This document shows, piece after piece, positions 7,303 through 13,763 of a stretch of 13,763 bases of DNA (position 1 is its first letter; each line of letters begins with the position of its first letter). A program made the translations under genes and the position numbers. Under the pieces are notes generated by a model. It searched no databases. It was not told the DNA's origin and saw only the letters and a program-made list of their open reading frames with translations. The DNA is from Candidatus Aegiribacteria sp. (GTDB lineage Bacteria; Fermentibacterota; Fermentibacteria; Fermentibacterales; JCC-6), in assembly GCA_046498225.1 (NCBI GenBank), contig JAWOBF010000128.1:1-13763 (forward strand), read 5' to 3'.

Positions 7303-9011
7303 GAAACATGCCCAAGATAGACCTGAAGGGACTTCCCGGGAAGCTGAACGATGCCGGAGTGCTTTCCGATGAGGGACTGGAGAGGTTATCGAGATTCGAT
7401 GACCTGAACGAGGATAACATGCTGAACCTGATGGTGGCGCGGGGACTTGTCTCCGAGGAACTCCTCTACAAGTTCCTGGCGGGGATGGCGGGTCTTCCCT
7501 TCAAGGTGCTGGACCCCCTGGAGCTCGATTACCAGGTGGTCACGGAGCTTCTTCCCGGCGCGTTCGCCCAGAAGCACCATCTGGTGGTTTTCGACGACAG
7601 CGGCTCCCGCCTGAAGGTGGCTACCTGCAACCTTCAGAACACCCGCCCTCTGGAGGACCTCAGCCACATGCTGGGCAGGGAGATAGAACTCCATGTGGGC
7701 AGGCCCTCGGAGATTGCGAGGGTGATAAGGCAGTTCTACGGCCTGCACGGGTCCATCACCGCGGCGGTGAAGGAAATGGATTCCCGCGAGGCTGTGGACC
7801 TCGGCAACCTCGAGCGGTACGTCTCCAGCGAGACCGACCAGAAGGTGGAGCCGACCGACAGACCCATAGTCAACGCGGTGAACCACCTGCTTCAGTACGC
7901 CTTCGAGGAGAGGGCCAGCGACATCCACCTGGAGCCCCACAGGAACGGAACCGTGGTAAGGCTTCGTATAGACGGGGTCCTGCACGACATTTACAGGATA
8001 CCGAAGAAACTGCATCCACCCATACTCTCCAGGATAAAGATGATATCCGGTCTAAACATCGCGGAGAAGAGAAGGCCCCAGGACGGCAGGATAAGGACGC
8101 ATTTCGACGGCAAACCGGTGGAGATACGCGCTTCCACGATCCCGGTGGCCTTCGGCGAGAAGGTGGTGCTGAGGGTGCTGGATCCCGCCATGCTGATGCA
8201 GGACCTGGCGATGCTCGGCTTCCGCAACGATGACCTCGGCAGGTACAAGGAGGTCATAGGCAGGCCCAACGGGCTCATTCTGGTCACAGGCCCCACCGGC
8301 AGCGGAAAGACCACCACCCTCTACTCCTCCCTGACCACACTGGCCACCAAGGAGAAGAACATCACCACGGTGGAGGATCCCATAGAGTTCGTGACCAACG
8401 AGTTCAACCAGATAGCAGTACAGCCCGCCATCGACCTCACGTTCTCGAATTCCCTCAAGTATATTCTGCGGCAGGACCCGGACATAATCATGGTCGGGGA
8501 GATAAGGGATACGGAGACGGCCAGGAGCGCCATGAGATGCGCTCTCACAGGCCATCTTGTCCTCAGCACGCTGCATACCAACGACTCCGCCTCGGCCGCC
8601 ATAAGGCTGGTGGACATGGGTGTGGAGCCGTACCTGCTCTCCACCACGCTGCTTGCTGTGGTCGCTCAGAGACTGGTGAGAATGATATGCGACAAGTGCG
8701 CCGAGGAGTACGTTCCTCCCAGGTCCCTGAGAGAATCAATAGGGCTGGAGGACGGTGTCGTTCTCAAGAGGGGCGTCGGCTGCAGGAACTGCCGGGGGAC
8801 CGGTTACCGGGGCAGGACCGGCGTATTCGAGGTTCTGGACATGACTGAGGAGATCAGGAACGCTGTGTCCGGCAGCTCTTCGGTAGATGAGATCCGAAGG
8901 TTGGCCGCCGGGCAGGGGATGGTCTCACTCAGGGAGAATACCCTGGCCAAGGTCAGGGCGGGGCTCACAACGCCGGAAGAGATGCTGAAAGTCACATTGG
9001 GGGTGGAATGA
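7299..9011 (+). CDS. GspE/PulE/PilB-family type II secretion or type IV pilus assembly ATPase
   Basis: ASDIHLEP, RLRIDGVL, PQDGR, GEKVVLR, Walker A GPTGSGKT (8289-8312), Asp box TVEDPIE, Walker B LRQDPDIIMVGEIRD, His box TGHLVLSTLH, tetracysteine CDKC/CRNC and GYRGR. Carries an N-terminal MshEN/N1-like domain. Confidence 0.93.
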   Translation: MRNMPKIDLKGLPGKLNDAGVLSDEGLERLSRFDDLNEDNMLNLMVARGLVSEELLYKFLAGMAGLPFKVLDPLELDYQVVTELLPGAFAQKHHLVVFDDSGSRLKVATCNLQNTRPLEDLSHMLGREIELHVGRPSEIARVIRQFYGLHGSITAAVKEMDSREAVDLGNLERYVSSETDQKVEPTDRPIVNAVNHLLQYAFEERASDIHLEPHRNGTVVRLRIDGVLHDIYRIPKKLHPPILSRIKMISGLNIAEKRRPQDGRIRTHFDGKPVEIRASTIPVAFGEKVVLRVLDPAMLMQDLAMLGFRNDDLGRYKEVIGRPNGLILVTGPTGSGKTTTLYSSLTTLATKEKNITTVEDPIEFVTNEFNQIAVQPAIDLTFSNSLKYILRQDPDIIMVGEIRDTETARSAMRCALTGHLVLSTLHTNDSASAAIRLVDMGVEPYLLSTTLLAVVAQRLVRMICDKCAEEYVPPRSLRESIGLEDGVVLKRGVGCRNCRGTGYRGRTGVFEVLDMTEEIRNAVSGSSSVDEIRRLAAGQGMVSLRENTLAKVRAGLTTPEEMLKVTLGVE

Positions 9012-10390
9012 AACTCTATATTCTTGCATTCGCCGTTCTGCTTCTGCTTTTCTCCGGCTGCGGCGGGGACCAGGCCGAGGAGACGGGCTTACCTGCCGGC
9101 GACGGTACCGTAGGCCGGGATTCTGTGATAGTAATGCCCCGAAGCCCGATGGAAGTGGCTCTTGCCTTCTCCAACCACCTGGGCATGAACGATCCCGCCT
9201 GCTTTAAGCTGATAACCGAGGCTTTCGCAGATACACTGCCCCTGGACAGCCTCTCACCCCGGCAGATTTTCGGCAGGTGGCGAGCCTTCGACGCCACGGG
9301 TCGTCTCACGACGATATTCGAGACGCCGGAGGGGAAGAGGACATCCTATCACTGCGCCATAAGAAGGATGGAGATGCCGGCCATCAATCGGATCGATTTC
9401 CTGCTGGTGGACGAAGAATGGCTGATCGACGGTTTCGGTGTGGAACTGCCCAGGGAAACCGAGGATTCCCTCACCATAGAGCAGCTGGCCGACCTTGTCA
9501 TAAGCTATCCCCAGGTGCGCAGGGAGATGCATATAGCCAGAATGCTCTACGATGACTGCGTGATCGATTCAACACTGAGCTACGCGTCAATGAACGCCGC
9601 CATGGAGGCGGGCACGAGTTTCCAGGATTTCGTTATCGACCTTCAGGACGAGAGCTACTCCGTCCTGGCCGAATCCAACATCCGAAGGGCGGGCAAGTTC
9701 CAGATAATCAAGGACCGGACAGAGACCGGCTTTTCCGGTCTTCCCTCCGATCTCCTCTCACTTGTCAACATCTGGAAGGAGATGGCCTACATTTCCAAAT
9801 CAGTCCTGAGGGAGCGGCACGAGGCCCTTCAGCGTCTGTACGCCAGCGGAGAGTGGATAGAGCCGGACCTTTCAGGGGATCTGGAGAGGCTGGCCGGTTT
9901 CAGAAGCTTCTTCCTGGCGGTGAGCGATCTTGTTGAGGAGCGGGATTCGCTTTCGCGGACCTGGCCGGTTCTTCTCACAGCCGGTTCCAACGAGCCTCTG
10001 GGGCAGGTGCAGATAGACCTGGATCCCCATCAGCTGGAGCAGAAGCGCGAGAACGAGGTGGGAGTCACCGTATGGAGGGCTCTCGCCGTGGAGCTCAACG
10101 GCGACAGCGACCCCGAGAGAGTGGTCTACTGGTCGGGGAACCTGTACCTGTTCCAGGGTACTTCCGCGGGATACAGGCTGGTATGGAGGACATACGAGGA
10201 CTACGAAAGCGATTTTCACGCCGATTTCGTCTCCCAGCCCTCGGGCAGGCCCGGCTGCCGCGAGGTTACCTTTACCGGAGTGGACGGCGAGTACGATTAC
10301 TTCCTCGGCTATTCCGACGGAGGAGAACCCCTGTTCCGCAGGATGAGGAGAGAGACCCCCGAACCCTCCGGAACCGGGGAGCAGCCCTGA
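9008..10390 (+). CDS. Uncharacterised acidic lipoprotein (460 aa)
   Basis: Signal peptide MKLYILAFAVLLLLFSG-C18 with lipobox. ATGA overlap with the ATPase stop and TGATG overlap with the PBP start. No family confidently recognised. Confidence 0.75.
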   Translation: MKLYILAFAVLLLLFSGCGGDQAEETGLPAGDGTVGRDSVIVMPRSPMEVALAFSNHLGMNDPACFKLITEAFADTLPLDSLSPRQIFGRWRAFDATGRLTTIFETPEGKRTSYHCAIRRMEMPAINRIDFLLVDEEWLIDGFGVELPRETEDSLTIEQLADLVISYPQVRREMHIARMLYDDCVIDSTLSYASMNAAMEAGTSFQDFVIDLQDESYSVLAESNIRRAGKFQIIKDRTETGFSGLPSDLLSLVNIWKEMAYISKSVLRERHEALQRLYASGEWIEPDLSGDLERLAGFRSFFLAVSDLVEERDSLSRTWPVLLTAGSNEPLGQVQIDLDPHQLEQKRENEVGVTVWRALAVELNGDSDPERVVYWSGNLYLFQGTSAGYRLVWRTYEDYESDFHADFVSQPSGRPGCREVTFTGVDGEYDYFLGYSDGGEPLFRRMRRETPEPSGTGEQP

Positions 10391-12606
10391 TGAGGCAGAA
10401 GGTTACGGCTGTATTCTTCTGGCTGTCCCTGGTTTTCATTGTGGGCGTATTCTTCTCGTTCGGTTTCTCCTACAGGATATACGCCGACTGCAGCAGCGCC
10501 TTCGCTCAGGCCAGGGGCAACCTTCTGGTTGCGGGGCTTCGCGGCCATGAACCGGCTGCGGCCACTGAGATATACGACAGCAGTGGTGACCTTCTTGCGA
10601 CCGCCTGTGTGGAGAACCGCTATCCGGTCACGCTGGAGGAGGTTTCGCCCTGGGTCATCAACGGTTTCATCGCCACCGAGGACAGGACCTTCTACCAGCA
10701 CAGCGGTGTCAGCTTCCGGGGCATAGCAAGGGCGGCGGTCCACGACATAAGGACGGGGGAGCGCCACGGCGCGTCCACCATCACCCAGCAGCTGACCAGG
10801 GGGCTCTTCCTGGTACCGGACCAGACGATACAGAGGAAGATACAGGAAGCCTTCATCGCCATGGAGATTGAGAGACAGTTCGACAAGAACGAGATACTGG
10901 AGATGTACCTGAACCACATCTACTTCGGGTCCGGAGCTCACGGAATTGAAGCGGCGGCCAGGACCTACTTCGGCGGAATCAGCGCCGCTGAACTCTCCCT
11001 CGCCCAGTCTGCGATGCTGGTGAGAATGGTGAAGAACCCCAGCGGGTTCAATCCGCTGGTCAACCCGGACAGATGCCTGACCCAGAGGAATGTGGCCCTT
11101 CAGGTGATGGCCGGTGAGGGCTACATAACGCCCCGGCAGGCCGCCGAAGCCATGGATACTCCGCTTGCGGTGAACGTGCACCGGCCCGAGATCGAGCAGG
11201 AGTGGAACTACTTCTCCGAATACATACGCAAGTACCTGGTCAACCGGTACGGCTGGTCGGCGGTGTACGAGCAGGGCCTCAGGGTACATACCACCCTGGA
11301 CCCGGAAATGCAGGCGGTGGCGGAGAGGGCGGTGGACAGCGTGCTGGCCTCCATGGAACCGGTGTGGGACCCGGAATCCGGGGAGTTCCTGAGAGATTCC
11401 GAGAAGCTGCGGTACGAGAGTTCCTACGCATACTGGCAGGCGGTGAGGGACACCATACCGGGTGTTCCCGACTACATTCAGGGAGCCCTGGTGGCCCTGG
11501 ACCCCTCCACCGGCTACGTTAAGGCAATGGTGGGCGGACGGGACTTCAGGGACAGCGAGTTCAACAGGGCGGTGCAGTCCCGAAGGCAGCCGGGAAGCGC
11601 TTTCAAGCCTTTCGTCTACGCGGAGGCCATCGAACAGGGCTGGTCACCCGGAAGCACCATCCTCGACCAGCCGGTGGTTGTGGAACTGAACCCCGGCTCG
11701 TGGCGGCCCAGGAACTACGATCATACCTTCCACGGTATGGTCACACTGAGAACTGCCCTGGCCAGGTCATTCAACGTTTCCGCGGTCAGACTGGGAATGG
11801 CCGTGGGTGTGGAGGCGGTGGCTGCCAGGGCCAAGGCCATGGGACTGGTCTCCAGGGTCCCCATTGTGCACTCCCTTCCTCTGGGCAGCGCCATGGTCAA
11901 CCCGCTGGAGATGGCCCAGGCCTACGTGCCCTTCGTTACCGGAGGACTGGCCCGGGACGCCGTGGCGGTGCTAAAGGTCGAGGACAGGTACGGAAATGTC
12001 CTGGAGGACAACAGCACACCGTCATCAGGACGCAGGGTTCTCTCGGAGACCGGCGCCTACCTCATGAATTCCATTCTCCAGTCTGTGATAAGGGAGGGTA
12101 CCGCCACCGGAAGCAGGTGGTACTGGGGCAGACCCTATTCCGGAAGGCTTGCGGGGGGAAAGACCGGCACCACCAGCGATTACGCCGACGCGTGGTTCGT
12201 GGGTTTTACGCCGGACCTTGTGGCCAGTGTCTGGGTAGGCTACGACAACCACGTGATAAGGATGAGGCTGCAGAACGGCAGGGGGCAGTCGGGCAGCAGT
12301 ATCGCCCTTCCCGTCTGGAACGCCTTCATGCGGAGAGCCCTGGAAGAGCTGCCGTCGGGCACCCTCATGGATTTCCCCGACGCTCCGGAGAATTCGGTGG
12401 AGACCGCTGTCATCTGCACCATCACGGGAAAGCTGGCCCTGGAAGCCTGCGGGGAATACACCCGGGAGGAGGAGTTCTGGGAGGGCACCGCCCCACGGGA
12501 CTACTGCACACTGCATGATTACGGCGAGGAAGCCTTTCAGCCGGACACAACCGTTCCCGATTTCACGGAGTTCGATATGAACTACACACCGCGGGGAGTA
12601 CGCTGA
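10390..12606 (+). CDS. mrcA: Class A penicillin-binding protein (PBP1A family, transglycosylase/transpeptidase), 738 aa
   Basis: Start placed at ATG 10390 (MRQKVTAVFFWLSL, TM anchor) rather than 10072. GT motifs EDRTFYQHSG, GASTITQQL, RKIQE, KNEILEMYLN. TP motifs SAFK (SxxK), SFN (SxN), KTGT and DAWFVGFTP. Confidence 0.92.
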   Translation: MRQKVTAVFFWLSLVFIVGVFFSFGFSYRIYADCSSAFAQARGNLLVAGLRGHEPAAATEIYDSSGDLLATACVENRYPVTLEEVSPWVINGFIATEDRTFYQHSGVSFRGIARAAVHDIRTGERHGASTITQQLTRGLFLVPDQTIQRKIQEAFIAMEIERQFDKNEILEMYLNHIYFGSGAHGIEAAARTYFGGISAAELSLAQSAMLVRMVKNPSGFNPLVNPDRCLTQRNVALQVMAGEGYITPRQAAEAMDTPLAVNVHRPEIEQEWNYFSEYIRKYLVNRYGWSAVYEQGLRVHTTLDPEMQAVAERAVDSVLASMEPVWDPESGEFLRDSEKLRYESSYAYWQAVRDTIPGVPDYIQGALVALDPSTGYVKAMVGGRDFRDSEFNRAVQSRRQPGSAFKPFVYAEAIEQGWSPGSTILDQPVVVELNPGSWRPRNYDHTFHGMVTLRTALARSFNVSAVRLGMAVGVEAVAARAKAMGLVSRVPIVHSLPLGSAMVNPLEMAQAYVPFVTGGLARDAVAVLKVEDRYGNVLEDNSTPSSGRRVLSETGAYLMNSILQSVIREGTATGSRWYWGRPYSGRLAGGKTGTTSDYADAWFVGFTPDLVASVWVGYDNHVIRMRLQNGRGQSGSSIALPVWNAFMRRALEELPSGTLMDFPDAPENSVETAVICTITGKLALEACGEYTREEEFWEGTAPRDYCTLHDYGEEAFQPDTTVPDFTEFDMNYTPRGVR

Positions 12607-13412
12607 TGCCACCTGTATGGTTCACCGTTCTCGGTTTCCTCATCATGCTGGTGCTTTTCCTTGCGTGGCGTCTTGCCCGGTCACGCACCTGGAAGCAGAT
12701 ACAGCTGAGAAAGGCCGCCAGGCTGGCGGCAGAGGGCAGGACCGACCAGATGCTGCAGTACCTGCGCCGCAACATGAACCGGAGGGACGTTTCCGATCCC
12801 ATAACCAACGCGCTGGTCTACTTCTACATAAAGGCCGGTCAGTACCAGGAGGCGGAAGATATCATCACCACCGCCATCGAGAAGGGCGACGGAAGCGCCA
12901 TGGCCCTGGCCCAGCTGGGATACGTGGCCGGCGGCAAACAGGACCATGCCCTGGCGGAAGAGTACTACCGAAGGGCCGTTTCCATGGACGAGTCCCTCAA
13001 GCCTACCATGAACGTCAACATCGCCGCCATGCTGATAGAGACCGGCCAGCGGCTGGATGAGGCGGAGGGGCTTCTCAAGGAGGCGCTGGAACTGAGGGAG
13101 GGCAGCTCCCGAAGCGGGATACACGCCAACCTGGCCATGCTCTACCTGAAGCTGAAGAAGCCGGTGGAGGCCAGGGTCCAGGCCATGACAGCCTTCGAAC
13201 TCATTCCAGCGGGCAGCCCGATTCTAAACAGCAGCAGGGCCAATGCGCTGGCCCTGGCCTCCCGGGCCTGCTCCATGCAGGGTGAGAGGGACGAGGCGGG
13301 CAGGCTGGCCGGCAAGGCCCTGAAGATGATCCAGGACCTTCCCGGAATGGAGAAGCTGGCGGAGGAGCTGAGGCATCTCGCCTCGGGAGACGGAACCGCC
13401 GGGGAAAACTGA
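12606..13412 (+). CDS. Membrane-anchored tetratricopeptide-repeat protein
   Basis: N-terminal TM helix followed by a basic stretch (WRLARSRTWK). TPR-like units NALVYFYIKAGQYQEAEDIITTAI, AQLGYVAGGKQDHALAEEYYRRAV and ANLAMLYLKLKKPVEA. TGATG overlap with the PBP stop. Confidence 0.8.
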   Translation: MPPVWFTVLGFLIMLVLFLAWRLARSRTWKQIQLRKAARLAAEGRTDQMLQYLRRNMNRRDVSDPITNALVYFYIKAGQYQEAEDIITTAIEKGDGSAMALAQLGYVAGGKQDHALAEEYYRRAVSMDESLKPTMNVNIAAMLIETGQRLDEAEGLLKEALELREGSSRSGIHANLAMLYLKLKKPVEARVQAMTAFELIPAGSPILNSSRANALALASRACSMQGERDEAGRLAGKALKMIQDLPGMEKLAEELRHLASGDGTAGEN

Positions 13413-13416
13413 TCCA

Positions 13417-13763
13417 TTGAAGAAGATACTGTGGGTGCTGGTATTCGCAGTCGCCGTATACACCGCCATAATATTCCTGACCGACGTAAGGGCCGTGGGT
13501 GATTCCCTGGCCTCGATGAAGCTTTACATGGTCCCCCTGTTCCTCTCCCTTTCGCTGCTGAACTATTTCCTGAGGTTTCTCAAGTGGCATTATTTCCTTG
13601 GAAGGGTGGAAGTTCGAATTCCGGTTGGAGAGAGTTTGAAGGTCTTCCTGGCCGGGTTCTCCATGACGGTGTCGCCCGGCAAGCTGGGAGAGCTTCTCAA
13701 GTGCTACCTTCTACGGGAGAGGCGGGGTATTCCGGTATCACGCACCTCCCCGGTGGTGGTCGC
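13417..13763 (+). CDS. 5' part of a flippase-like membrane protein (UPF0104 / LPG-synthase TM family), truncated by the window end
   Basis: Own translation from TTG 13417: MKKILWVLVFAVAVYTAIIFLTD...LSLLNYFLRFLKWHYFL...FLAGFSMTVSPGKLGELLKCYLL. The RxxxW and PGxxGE patterns are typical of this family. Open to the window end; not in the ORF track. Confidence 0.8.
   Translation, partial: MKKILWVLVFAVAVYTAIIFLTDVRAVGDSLASMKLYMVPLFLSLSLLNYFLRFLKWHYFLGRVEVRIPVGESLKVFLAGFSMTVSPGKLGELLKCYLLRERRGIPVSRTSPVVV

Noticed and set aside
10072..10389. 106-aa N-terminal extension of the PBP
   Set aside because: It is an Arg-rich alternate frame of the lipoprotein gene. The TM anchor begins right after ATG 10390.
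88..13590. Many minus-strand and nested ORFs (e.g. 88-978, 2848-3693, 10309-11289, 11700-12518)
   Set aside because: All overlap well-supported + strand genes and show no recognisable motifs. Such shadow ORFs are expected in GC-rich coding DNA.
1..13763. CRISPR array, tRNA/rRNA, IS element, prophage or defence system
   Set aside because: No spaced direct repeats, RNA gene signatures, or transposase, integrase or nuclease motifs were seen. Coding sequence covers almost the whole window.

Overview
A gene-dense, GC-rich bacterial chromosomal segment with all credible genes on the + strand, mostly joined by overlapping stop/start codons. Block 1 (1-4897) holds the 3' end of a TPR-like gene, pyrK, pyrD, a small RlpA-like lipoprotein, pyrF, and a large membrane-anchored protein ending in a GT51 peptidoglycan transglycosylase domain. 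A 70-bp AT-rich gap (4898-4967) carries a sigma70-like promoter with two related dyads. Block 2 (4968-end) holds a membrane protein with four GYF_2-like repeats, pyrimidine-nucleoside phosphorylase, a lone PilB/GspE-family ATPase, an uncharacterised lipoprotein, a class A PBP (PBP1A-like), a membrane-anchored TPR protein, and the start of a UPF0104 flippase-like protein. I see no RNA genes, CRISPR arrays or mobile elements. The window is mostly housekeeping (pyrimidine and cell wall). The best candidate for something undescribed is block 2, but its functional unity is inference only. All family calls come from motif recognition by eye; no searches were run.
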